DNA of 64,000 nt, from NCBI RefSeq assembly GCF_009914755.1, contig NC_060934.1, one strand, 5' to 3'. Position numbers and translations under genes: made by a program. The notes beneath the pieces were generated by a model, which saw only the letters and a program-made list of their open reading frames with translations, ran no database searches and was not told where the DNA came from. Source of the DNA: the human T2T-CHM13v2.0 reference genome, Homo sapiens. The stretch's first letter is position 1. Every line of letters starts with the position of its first letter. Below are positions 11,843 to 24,039 of this stretch, piece after piece.

Positions 11843-11922
11843 ATGGTTGGTGCAAAAGTAATTGCGGTTTTTGCCATTACTTTTAATGGCAAAAACCGCA
11901 ATTACTTTTGCACCAAACTGTA
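11843..11922. mobile_element. MADE1 MITE; candidate miR-548-family hairpin
   Basis: Perfect 33-bp inverted repeat at 11847-11879 and 11884-11916 with a CTTT loop. Confidence 0.95.
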
Positions 11923-12209
11923 TAAAATTTTAGGTAATGCAAACTAATCTGTAGTAACAGAAAGCAGTTGTCTGGGGGATGGAGGTGGTTAGGAAGGAGC
12001 CATAGGAAGGAGTTATGAAGGAGCAGGAGACTCAGGCATGACAGTTGTGTTCATTCTTTGACAGTGGTAATGGCCTCGTGGGTATATACATGTGTCAAAC
12101 CTACAAAAGTATACACTTTAAATACTTGCAGACTGTTGTATGGCAACTGTGCCTCAACAAAGCTGCTTTTTAAAAAGTTAAAAGAGCTAGGACTTCAGAG
12201 TTTTCTTTT

Positions 12210-13012
<803 letters not shown>

Positions 13013-14117
13013 TAGTGTCCTCTGACCTGAGTTCAAGTCCTGGCTCCATCACTTATCCCATGACCGCACGGACACTCGCCCCCTGCAGCCTGAGGGAAGG
13101 CTGAAGGAGAGGACATCTGTGCAGCGTCTCCAGCATGGTGCAGTGCCGAGGGAGCTTTTGGGGAGTGGGCAGCAGCATGCACAGCCCAGTGCACCCAGAG
13201 CCATTGCCCCAGACATTCTTCAAACACCTGCAGTGTGCAGGCTGGCCTCATCTCAAACAGAGCCCTGTGGTCCGGCTTCTCCTGCCCAGCCTCTCCCTGC
13301 CCTCCTCTCGCATCCTCAATATTGTCACGCTGACCCAGAGCAATAAGCATTTCCCAGCAGCTCATCAAAGGCAGCCGTCCTCTGGCAAAAGAGACAAGTG
13401 GGCTGCAATTGTGACTTTTCAAAAGCTTCAATTGGTGAAATAATTCCCTCTGGAGTTTTTTTGGAATATAACATTTTTCTTCTTGTTTAAAAAATGTGTC
13501 ATTCTTTTTCCTTCTCCCCTTCCTACCACGTATTACTCAATGCTGCAGGAAGTTCAGCCTCAACAGTGAAGATGCCCTCATCCGGGCAGGAGGTGTCCCT
13601 GGTCATCAGCTCCATCTCTCAGGGCCTCCTTCCCACACTGGAACACATGACCTGTACCTCCCTGGACTGAGCTGACCCATGAGGGTGGACCATGACCAGG
13701 AGGAGCCGGGCCAGGGGCTGCTGCCTGGAAGGTAGCCTGGAGTGAAAGCTTTGCCCATTTGGGATAATGATAACTAAATCTTCAGATCATCTCTCTTGGG
13801 TAGTTTAAATGCAGTGGGAACTCAGCTGCTTGGCTTGGCATATGTAATATAAGTGAAAAGATCACCAACAGAAGGGTGCAGGGGAGCTCAACCTGCAGAG
13901 TCACAAGCAAATGGAGGCTGCGTGTGGACCTGAGACTGAGACATGCAGAGAAGATGGAGCGGTGGGCTGGAGGGAGCTCGAGGTCAGTGCAGTGACCGAG
14001 GTGCCAGTCTGGGAAGCAGAGTGCCACATGTGACAAGAGGGAGTGACATCACATCCTGGTATGCTAACCTCCCCCCAGTCCTGCAGACACCTCCCCCAGA
14101 TTCTTACACTGCCTGGC

Positions 14118-14553
14118 TGTATCTGCTTCCTAGGGTTGTCAAGGAAACAAATGACCCTAAACTGATGGGGGCGAGAAGCCTGAAATCAGGGTGTCAGCCA
14201 AGTGGGCTCCCTCTGGAGGCCCTTAGGGAGAATCTATCCACATCTCTTTCCTGGCTCCTGGTGGCTCCAGCCATGCTCAGCACTCCTTGGCTGGCAGGCA
14301 CATTCTCCAGCCTCTGCCTCTGCCTTCACTTCTATCATCACAGGACTTCTCCCTTGTGTCTCTGTGCCTTTTCCTTTTCTGTCTCTTGAAAAGACACCTG
14401 CCATTGTTTTTAGGCCCACCAAGGTCTAAATTCAGAATGAGCTCATCTCAAGATTCTTACATTATCTCTGCAAAGACCCTAATTTCAAATGCCCCATTCT
14501 GTGGTTCCAGGTAGACATGATTGAGGGTAAGGGGCACTGTTCAACCCAGTACA
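14118..14553 (-). mobile_element. MLT1C-like solo LTR with internal deletion
   Basis: TGTATCTGCTTCCTAGGGTTG...CTCATCTCAAGATTCTT...CACTGTTCAACCCAGTACA; flanks CTGGC/CTGGT. Confidence 0.85.
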
Positions 14554-15029
14554 CTGGTTGTGAGGGTGAAGGTTCCAGTCCTCACTATGGCTCCCTCAGT
14601 CCTTGCTACAAGACTCCAAAGCATGGGCTTGCTTGGACAAGTGGCTATTCCTTGAAACCTTGAGAACCTTGTTGTTTAAAAGAATAAGTCTCATGGGAGG
14701 AGTGTGGGCTTTTCTATGGGCTGAAGTGTCTCAGGTGGTCTCTGAGCCTCATTCTTCAGATCTCAACTTTCTACCAGCCCCAGCTGGTCCAAGATTATTA
14801 GGCAACTGGTGGAGATAATGTAGGGAAGGAAGGGTTTGTTAGAGAGAAGACCTGTGTAGTGCTGGAAACAGACACAATTTGTGAGTTGTGGATGGCACAG
14901 AGATCCCAGAGCAAGCAGGGATGCTGGGAGGGTGAGTGACAGCAGAGAAACCCTACCTGAGCTTCTTACCAGGCAGTAGCATTGGACTCATACTTACCGC
15001 TCTGAGCCTCAGTGTCCTCACCACTTACT

Positions 15030-15765
15030 CGATTTCACAAATGCCAGTTGGACACCTGTTAGGTTCCAGAACCAGGCTGGGTGGTGGAAACATGGCAGTG
15101 GGGAAGGCATGTCCCCACCGGGGCTTGACGAGCTCCCCCTATGATGGAGGAGAAAGGCTCATGAAGGACCAAGGGGTCATCAGGCACTAAGGGCTGCAAC
15201 AGCATTCGGTACAGCACCCTGGGAACACTGGTGGTGAGGTAGGCAGGGAAACACCCCTAAAAGAGGTGATGCCAAGCTGGGTCTTAAAGGAAGCTTAAGA
15301 GTCGTTCAGGAAGACAGCAGAGACTATGGTCCCAAGCTAAGCTCATGGCAGGAGCTTGCCCTTGGAAGTGCAGTATGGCCCTTGGAAGTGCTCTGTGTAT
15401 TCCGAAAGGACATCATCACCTCTACGGGGTTGGAGGGTAGGGACTGTGGTGGAGACTGCTAGAGACAAGCTTGTAGAGAGAGGCAGAAACACTTGAATGC
15501 AAAGGAGTTGGGACTTTATTCTGTACCTGCTGGGGGCCGTTGGAGGCTGTTAAGCCTACTGTGTAGGGTGAACAAATTTGCAGTGCAGAAAGATCACTCA
15601 GGCAGCAAGAGGGGACAGAGGGCGCAGGCTGGGAGCAGGGAAACAAGCAGGAAGCTATTGCAACAGCCCCGTGAGAGATGACAAGGGCAGTGGCATGCGA
15701 CGGAGAAGAAGGAGTGGATGCAAGAGGTATGTGAGGAGCAACCTGCACGGGGCTTGGTGACCTCA
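15030..15765 (-). mobile_element. L2 fragment
   Basis: AAGGAGTTGGGACTTTATTCTGTA...AGAAAGATCACTCAGGCAGC...GGAAGCTATTGCAACAGCCC...GGGCTTGGTGAC. Confidence 0.8.
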
Positions 15766-16051
15766 CACCAGCCAGCTTTGCTGACCTGTCTGTGGGTCAC
15801 AGAAGATAATGGATGTGATGCACTTTGAAAGCTGCAGAGCACCTTGTCTGGGTGCCATGGCTGGTTTTGACCAGATCATGAAATGCAGCCTCTCTCCTCC
15901 TCCCTGGCTCATCTCTGCTGCTTGCTTTTGCCTGTAAGCAAGGGAGAGAGGGGAGGTGAAAAACAGAGACATTAAGTGCCAAAGCTTATGTTAATACAGC
16001 ATTAAGGTTGAAAATGTAATCTCCTAGGAGTCAGGAAATTCCGAACAAGGG

Positions 16052-16065
16052 GTTTCCATGGCAAC
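16052..16065. promoter_or_regulatory. RFX X-box motif
   Basis: GTTTCCATGGCAAC matches GTTNCCATGGNAAC exactly and lies in unique sequence. Confidence 0.55.
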
Positions 16066-16207
16066 CCAGCCACACTGCTCCTCTGTCCATTCGGGCCCTG
16101 TTTTCCTTGTTAAATATGATCCCATCGTATATTATATGTTATCGAGTTAAATGTGCTACCCACAGCATGCAGAGCTCCAGCCAGCAGCCCTCAGAGCTGC
16201 AGGAAAT

Positions 16208-16210
<3 letters not shown>

Positions 16211-16255
<45 letters not shown>
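16211..16255. repeat. (TG)22 microsatellite
   Basis: Pure TG run. Confidence 0.98.
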
Positions 16256-16257
<2 letters not shown>

Positions 16258-16834
16258 AGGGGTGGGAGCCTTCAGAATTCGCCTAATATAACACAGCCAC
16301 ATCTTAGGTCCTCGTATCTAATAAATGAGGTGTAATTCCATTAAGAGCAGCTCCTGTGTACACCAATGAGCAAGGAGGCTGCAAGCCCTGTGTTCAGAAG
16401 GGGTCGTTCAGGGTGCCTGCCCCTGCTTGGGGTGGGTAGGTGAGGGACGTGGCAGATTCCATCACATCCCCCACAGGAGTGCCCAGCAGCTCCGGCAGGA
16501 CCATCCCTGCCACCCGGGGCTGCCTCCTGGATGCAGTTCTGAAGAGGTGAACTGGAATTACCTGGCCCAGTGGTTCTTCTCACATGCCAGCCGATTGAAG
16601 ATCAGCTGTCACTGTTAGTTAGCATCCCAGGGTACACTGGGCACCAGCAAACAGATGCGGAAAGGAAATTTGATGCTTCTCCAAACCCTGTCTCCCCACT
16701 AACACAGCACAGTGGACAAAAGACTTCCAAAGACTTCCTCGGTGGCAGTGGGAGTTAGAAAGAAGGGGGAAATGACTGTCAGGGAGGGCAGCTAAGTAGT
16801 GCAGTGTGTGACGGAGAAACATCTGTAGGATAAT

Positions 16835-17057
16835 ACAGCGGAAAAAGCATGGAATGTTAGAATCAGGCTGCCTGACCTCAGCCGTCTCCCAGCCATGCGG
16901 TCTTCAGCAAGTCCCTTAATTTCCCTTTGTCTTAGTTTTTTCATCTGCAAAATTGGGATAAAATTACCATTAACCTCACACAGGCTTGTTGGAGGATTAA
17001 ATGGGATAATTGATGCAAAAGCTCACTGTAAACTTCTAAATCCCTATACAAATGTCA
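16835..17057 (+). mobile_element. MIR (MIRc-like)
   Basis: GCAAGTCCCTTAATTTCC...TTTTCATCTGCAAAATTGGGATA...GAGGATTAAATGGGATAAT. Confidence 0.85.
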
Positions 17058-17178
17058 CTCTTCCAGGGAGCTCTAGAAAACCATGCTGGATTCTGGACTA
17101 CTACAGTAGGCTGTAGAAATTTTGTGATTGGTTCTGGAATTCTGCGTTGGGTTCCAGAATTCATGGATGGGTCTAGAA

Positions 17179-17364
17179 CACAGACAGACTTTTTCTGTAA
17201 AGACTCAGATCATAAATATTTTGGGATTTGAGGGCCATGCTGTGACTACTCAAGTTTTCTGGAGATAAGAAATGAATGGGCATGGCTGGGTTCCAATAAA
17301 ACTTTATTTACAAAAACAGAAAGTGAACCAGATTTGACCTGTGAGCTGTACTTTGCCAGCCCGG
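17179..17364. mobile_element. MER58A (hAT-Charlie MITE)
   Basis: ACTTTTTCTGTAAAG...GTTCCAATAAAACTTTATTTACAAAAACAG; 8-bp flanks GTCTAGAA/GTCTACAG. Confidence 0.85.
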
Positions 17365-18439
17365 GTCTACAGTGATCTGTGTAGGAAAGCAGTTTTGTGA
17401 GAATGCTACTCCTCTCCTCAGAATTTAACTCTCCCTCTTTGACACCCTCCTATCCTCCCATCTCCCACCCACTCACATCCATACCTCTTTCTTTACCCAG
17501 CCAACTCAACCTTCCAAAACCAGTTAGAGTCAGCTGCTCCACGAGCAAATTGCAGTCACTTTTGGCCCTTGCCTGCCTCCCTCACAGACTGTGAGATCCT
17601 TCCAGCAACCAGCTATGTTACCCAAGGCCCTAGCCCTTAGTCAATGTTTGGTCAATGTTTGTAGAATAGATGGTATGAAAAAACAACAACAAACAAACAA
17701 ACAAAACAAAAAACAGAAAACAAAAAAACATCCCAGGGAGCCAGGACATTGTCATTCTCAGGAAATCTGTGAGCTGGGATCGTTTCCAAAATCTCAAGTC
17801 TGGGCACCAATCCTCTAGTTATAAGCTACTCCGTCAGGGCTTCTAGAACCATCAGTAGGCAGCATCTTTATAGATGCAGGCCAACTTGTGTGTCCACAAC
17901 CCAAGCCTGGGGCCAACCTGTTGTCTACATAGGCGTGGTGGTGCCCTGTGGCAGCAGGCCAGATGGGCAGGAGCAGGTCAGCGGAAGGCTATAACCTTAG
18001 CGAGAAGGTGACAGCCACAGCACCCCTCCCTCTGAGGGAAGGCGCCCCATGTGATCAAGCACATGTGTTCCTGCTCATGACAGCGCAGCAGCCTCCTCAT
18101 GCCACCCTCGGGGAGCCTCAGCCTCCTCCAGGCTGATGATGTGGAAACTTCCAGAAGTGCAGCAGCCTCTCAGCTTTCCCATTTGCTAGCTTCCCCCATC
18201 CTCCTCCTGGGCACAGCAGACAGGCAGAACCAAGTTGTGTAACTCACCTCTGAGTCACACTTCCCCTGTTTCCCCCAGCACGGCATCTGCTTTCTGCCTG
18301 ACAGAGCCAGGCTTCCTCGGGACAGCCAGACAGGCGGCTATTGTTCAAAAGTCAGGGCCGGTTTGATGGGCTCTCCCGCCCCCAGTAGATGAGCTAGGAA
18401 GATGTCACTTTTAATTACAACGGTGAGGGAATAGGTATA

Positions 18440-18706
18440 GGTGTGTGCGTGTGTGTGTATGGAGCAGGGTTCCACAGGCTTGTGCAATGTGCGTGTGTCT
18501 TCACATCGTGACGTGGGTGTGTCCTTAGTGCAGGCTTGTGTATTGCATAGGTGTGTGATGGGTACATGTGTGCTTGCACACGCAGGGCTTTGTGTGTGCA
18601 CAGGCAGATGCTTTTGGGTACATGGGAGGCTGTTTTTCCTATACGTGCTGTGTGCCTAAGAATGTCTGCTGTGTGGCCATGTGCTTTCATCCGGGTCTGT
18701 GCGTGT
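18440..18706. repeat. Degenerate TG-rich low-complexity tract
   Basis: Decayed (TG)n/TGCA array. Confidence 0.8.
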
Positions 18707-19995
18707 CTTTAATTTAGGACTCCTTCTCCTGGAGGATTCGATAGCTTCCACCCTCTAGCCTTGGCAAATGAATATTTTATTACTTTTCTTTTGCCATAGC
18801 ATTAAGCAGTTTTCCTGCGAAGAGCGAGAGCATGACACACTCCAGCAGACAGAGACAAGGCCTCTGATGTCAGAGCCCTGAAAAGCAAATCACCCTACGA
18901 CGACGTCCCAGGAGGGCTCGCAGATGCTGGGTGTTAGGGCCATTAACAACTGATGAGTCAGCCCTTTACCCGTTCGTCCGACAGCATTCTCTCGAAATAT
19001 AAAGCCAGCACACCCATTTCACAGGAGGCTGGAGGGAGCTCCCTGCCACTCCTCCCAAAGCCAGCCCAAAGCTGTTTAATTTTTTTTCTCACTTCCTGGT
19101 CCTCCTGTTAGGCAAAAGGCTGAATCCTGGGAACAGAAGATCATCGTATAACCCAGAGCCGGCAAGTGAAAGGTCCTGACTTCTCCCCAGGCTCAGGGTG
19201 AGGGCCAGGCAGCCAGGCTGAGAAGGAGCCAAGAACACAGGAGGCAGGAGGCCGTGGAGGCACAGTGGGAACACCGATATCAAGACAGTGAACAAAGACA
19301 AGCATGTAAAGGATGGATTCGTAAATAGGTCATCTTTATATTTCACTCCCCCTCGGGACAGTCTGCAAGGCTGGGGAGGACATGTCTCAGGCTGACCCGC
19401 TGAGGAATGGGTTGTACACCACCAACTCTAACCTAATTGGTAGAGGGTTGGCTGCCCCCATAGGCAAAACTAGCACCCTGTGCTGCAGGCCCAGGAAGCT
19501 TTAGACATAAGGCAAACTGCTGAGAAGGCCAACGGGGTAGGCTCTGCCATAGCACCCCTGAAAGGCAAGTGGCCTGTCCCACGTCTCCAGAGCTGCAGAG
19601 CCACGCCAGGCCCTTGCACTCCTGTCTCTCCAGCGGCTCTCTCCATCCACAGTGACTCAGATGGTGGTAGAAGCTCCTAGCTTCCCTGTCTCCCATCTCT
19701 CTAGAAGATGGCTTGGAGCAAGAAGTGCTTACTCCGGGACCTTGAGGCTGGGCCCGTGTGGGGCAGGGGCTGCTCCCCACTGCTGGCAGTGAGTCTGCCA
19801 CCCAAGTTCTCTGAACCAGAGCAGCCAGGATGGGGATGAAACAGAGCCACATCTGAAACTCTGGAGCACTGGAGCTGGAGACATCATTCCTTGGTTCGCT
19901 CCTTCCACAGATAGTCACTGGGTGCTGACTGCATGTTCTGGAATAAGTGTAAAAGTCCCCAAACAAGAGCATTAGAAAAATAAACAGTGTAAAGG

Positions 19996-20282
19996 GGCTG
20001 GGTGTGGGGCTCACACCTGTAATCCCAGTACTTTGGGAGGTCAAGGTGAGAGAATTGCATGAGCCTAGGAGTTCGACACCACCCTGGGCAACATGGCAAG
20101 ACCCTGTCTCTACCAAAAATACAAAAATTAGCCAGGTGTGATGGTGCATGCCTATAGTCCCATCTACTGGGGGTGCTGAGGTGGGAAGATCATTTGAGCC
20201 TGGGAGGTTGAGGCTGCAGTGAGCTATGATCTCACCACTGCAGTCCAGCCTGGGCAACAGAGCAAGACCCTTAAGACCCTGT
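19996..20282 (+). mobile_element. AluJ
   Basis: Full dimer with J-type motifs GAGCCTAGGAGTT, GAGGCTGCAGTGAGCTATGAT and GCAAGACCCT. Confidence 0.95.
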
Positions 20283-20295
20283 GAAAGAGAAAAAA

Positions 20296-20362
<67 letters not shown>

Positions 20363-20419
20363 GAAGAAAGAGAAAAAGAAAAAAAGAAAGAGGGAAAGAA
20401 AAGAAAGGGAGAGAAAAGG

Positions 20420-20458
<39 letters not shown>

Positions 20459-20625
20459 AAAGAAAGAAAGAGGAAGGAAGGAAGGAGGGAAGGGAGCGAG
20501 GGAGGGAGAAAGAGAGAGAGAGACAGAAAGAAAGAAAGAAAAGAAAGAAAGAAAGAAAGAAAAGAAAGGAGGGAGGGAGGGGGAGAAGGGAAAGGGGAAG
20601 GGGAAGGGGAAGGGGAAGGGAAGGA
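20283..20625. repeat. 343-bp homopurine compound repeat, (GAAA)n/(GGAA)n/(GGGGAA)n
   Basis: Only two non-purines (C20497, C20524); contains (GAAA)14 and (GAAA)10. Confidence 0.97.
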
Positions 20626-20789
20626 TGAACAAACAGGAGCCTCCTGAGGCTTTTCCATGCTCCGCCCCTGCCCCCTTCCCACCCATGAATCCTGATAGCA
20701 TGTTCTTCGTGCTTTCCTTACACCTCTCATTTACCTGCTCTTCCCTGCTGCTGAACTCTGGCTGGAGTGGTAATAAGAGTCATGATTAC

Positions 20790-20995
20790 TATTACTGCCA
20801 AGCTCCTTCTTTGTATTGAGCCTTGTGCCTCCCACACATTGCTTTGCAATAATGTGATGAGTTAGGTTCTAGTATCTGCATTTTACAGATAAAGAAATTG
20901 AGGTTCTGAGAAGTCCTGGTTCTCACCTCAGGTCACCCTGCAATGGGCATGGCAGAGATTTGACTGGCTCGATGCCTGTGAAGTGGGTCTTAACA
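20790..20995 (-). mobile_element. MIR
   Basis: CATTTTACAGATAAAGAAATTGAGGTTCTGAGAAG. Confidence 0.75.
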
Positions 20996-21314
20996 CTCTT
21001 GTCATAGGTTTCTCACTGGTCTGTGAGCTCCTTGGGGACAGGGCAGTGCCTGACCCACTTGCCTTCAAATGCTCCCCAGAGCTTGGCATCTGGGCCTGCA
21101 CGGGTGGCCGTCTAGTGGAGGCTCCTTTTGTCTTCTGCTCATCTGACCAGGAGTTCCTGAGTGGCATGTGCCTTAGCAATCATTTGAAGGGTCTGTGGCC
21201 AGGCCTGCCCTCAGGCCTCAAGCCACCCCAGTGACCTTCTGCAGCAGCCCTCCCAAAGAAAGAAGTGGGGTTCTTCCCCAAGAAACAGGCAAGCATTGAA
21301 ACAGGCAGAACAGG

Positions 21315-21500
21315 AATTCAAAATGTATCCTCACAAGACCCAGCTGTGTGGTCTGGAGCAGGTTACCTAGCATCTCTGGGCCTCTGTTTCCTCCAGTGGG
21401 GGATCTGGCCCCTCCCAGGAATGTTATGAGGATGGGACTTGAGTGATATATGGCAGGCCCCAGCAGCAGTGACCCTGACCTTCAGGAAGCTCTCAGCAAA
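21315..21500 (+). mobile_element. MIR
   Basis: CAGCTGTGTGGTCTGGAGCAGGTTACCTAGCATCTCTGGGCCTCTGTTTCCTC...GTTATGAGGAT. Confidence 0.7.
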
Positions 21501-23489
21501 TACCGATTCCACCCTGACCAGACTGTGAGCTTTCTGAGGCCAGAGAAAGGGTTTTGCTCGTCTCTCTCTCTAGCATGCCCAGCCCAGGGACTAGCACCAC
21601 GTGGGGTCCTGCTAAGCGATGCTGCTGTGAAACTGTCCTCAGCCTGGTGGCATTTATAAGAGCTGGCCCTAACATGCAGGCTTGTGAGGTCTCCACCAGA
21701 AAACGCACAAGTGTGTGCTTCACAGCCAGGATGCAGGCCTGCAGGTGCTGTTCTTAGAAATCGTAGCTGTTCCCTTCTTTCTCTTTGTTTTTCTTTGGCC
21801 ACTGTCCTTGATCCCACACCTGCAGTCACAGTCAAAGGCTATGAGAACAAAGTGCCCTGCCTGTGCTGAGTGAATATGCAGGGCAGAGGGCAAACAGAGG
21901 GATGAGGCAGGAGGGCCTGCAGACGTAAGATGCACATGGCAGGTAAGGGCTCCCTTTCCTGCCATGGGGCCACCCCCGCCACCCAGCCCTGGCCTCTCTG
22001 GCTGGCCTAGCTCTCTTGGGCTGAAGGTGCCACTTGCTACCACCAGAACCCCGTGCCGGGGCTTCTACTGCAGCCCATCCCTGCTCTTCTCCAGCTTTCC
22101 TTTATTGCCAACCTGGCTCCCAGGTGGTGCCTGGGGCTGGTCTGTCTGCTTCCCGGCTGGCTCCTCTTGCTCACCAGCACTCCAAGTTCCAAGATGCTCA
22201 TCCCTGCTCTCAGTTGTTTGGCACCATATTGCTGTCCTCTTGTCCCATTCCCCTCTTGGTAAAATCCTTGTTTTCAGCTTTATTTGGTACCATCTTTACT
22301 GCAGACAGCAAGTCTGCTCTCAGGAGTCCTGCTCATCTGTGGGCTACTGAGAAATCCCCACTTAGTACAAACCACCAGTCCATCAGAGCCCACCTTGCCT
22401 GGTGATCACTCAGGAGTGCCCACCTTCTCGCTCCTTCTCCTGGGCCATGATGCCTCTTCTGCCTTCACTAAGTCTAGGTGGTGGGGGAGCCACTGAGCCC
22501 AGCCCTTCCCTATCCCCCCACTCTTCCCGCAGCTGGGGCCTCCCATGCCAAGCCTGGCACTGACAGCAGGCGCCATGGAGGGCAGACGACTAGCTGGGGG
22601 ATGAAAACCTCCATTCACGACAATATCAAATCCCTGGCTCCAGAGAGGGAGACAGGTTTGCTCCCAGTTGGAGACATCGCGGGTGAGGGAAGCCGATACG
22701 AGAGGAGCGTCTGCTTAATGCAGGCTCTGTTTTTTTCACCTGGCAGGCCAAACACAGCAGCTCACTTGTGTCTCTGAAATCCTAACTGGCTTCCGACGGG
22801 GAGCTTTGGGGACTGCAGGGGAGACATGAGGCAGAGTGTGCCAGGCATTCCCCCAGCCAAATCCCAGCTAAGCCAGGGCAGAGACTCAGGGGAAGGCCTG
22901 GTGACGGCGGGCCACACCCACATCCAGGGAGGACTGTCAGAAGAAGCGAAGCCACGTTATCCAACCACCCACAGCCCTTCAATTGCCTTTTTATTTTCCC
23001 TGCTCTGCTTTCCAAGTGTATCCTGTAAAGCGGGTACAAAGGAATCATAGACTATCAGTGGTGAGGGCCTTGAGCAATTTTTTCATTCTGTTTTCAACTT
23101 TTGAGGGTAACCCCCGTAAAGGTAAGCCTCCTCATAAATCTGTATGCTAAACGTGTAAACACAAAGCCATAAACTCTCTCTCAAGAAAACTGTATGCCCC
23201 AAATTGAGCATACAATTATATGGAATTCACAGACCCTGAGATTCCACTCTGTAAGCCCCGTAAAGTCCATGTTGAGGATATTTTCCAATGTCTCCTTCAA
23301 TGGCTGGGAAAGCTGTCTCCAAATAGGGACATCTGACTTGCCAGGAAAACACAGCGTGCAGTTGACAGAGAAGGGATCATATTTACATTTATTTGGTAAA
23401 AAAGGAAGTGTGACTATTCATGGAATATGTTTTGTAAATGAGAAATATCAAGCTCAGAGTGGCCACTGGGCTTGCACAACCTCCCTAGT

Positions 23490-23915
23490 TGTCCTCCCAT
23501 AGCTCCATCCCCCACCATGTTCCACAATGGAAGAATGTTTAGCTGGGCACTTGGCAGCCTACCGTTTCCAGCATCCCTTACAGCTATGTATGGTCTTGCC
23601 TCTAAGCTCTACCAATAGGATGTGAGCAGAGATGTGTGGAATTCGAAGTCATATCTTTGAGATGAATGAGTGCGCCCCCCTCCCTCTTTTCTTTCATTCC
23701 ACTAAGTGGATTGCAGATGTGACAACGGGAGTTGGAACAGCCTTTCTGGGCCGCATGTTCAAGGCTGGGTATGACTAAAAAGGTGGGAGGAATCTGGGGC
23801 TCTGATGTTTGTGGAGCTACTAGACCAACCTGGGACCAGGTACCTGGGCTTTTACTTCTTCAGCCCTCATTATTTTAAATTTCTTTGCCATTGCCTTAGA
23901 GTCACAGTTTTAACT
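23490..23915 (+). mobile_element. Old MLT1 (J/K-like) LTR
   Basis: TTTCCAGCATCCCTTACAGCTA...CCAATAGGATGTGAGCAGA...GGAATCTGGGGCTCTGATG. Confidence 0.65.
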
Positions 23916-24039
23916 CACAACCTCAGATTCCATTTTTCCCCTCATCCAGTAGGTCTCCAAGTCCCCTCAGTGATGGGCATTTCTACCTATCCTTTGTCTT
24001 ATTCTCATCCCCTTTGCCGCTGCTCTACTCCTAGATCCT

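Larger units (their letters stand above)
11270..12180 (+). mobile_element. Old L1M (L1MC/ME-like) 3' fragment
   Basis: CATTAGAAAAATGCAAGTGAAAACCACAATG...GCAGCTTTATTCATAATTGCCAAA...AAACTAATCTGTAGTAACAGAAAGCAG...CCTCAACAAAGCTG. Confidence 0.85.

Noticed and set aside
11762-11922. Repeat-spacer-repeat resembling a CRISPR array or prokaryotic IS ends
   Set aside because: Fully explained by the primate MADE1 MITE; no cas or transposase gene, and the context is mammalian
15358-15391. 14-bp direct repeat GCCCTTGGAAGTGC with 20-bp period
   Set aside because: Small slippage duplication inside an L2 remnant with no further units
19433-20701. 422-aa minus-strand ORF and the overlapping K/E/R-rich plus-strand ORFs
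   Set aside because: Open only because it crosses the stop-free purine tract and an antisense Alu; the translation is F/S/L low-complexity sequence plus a typical Alu peptide
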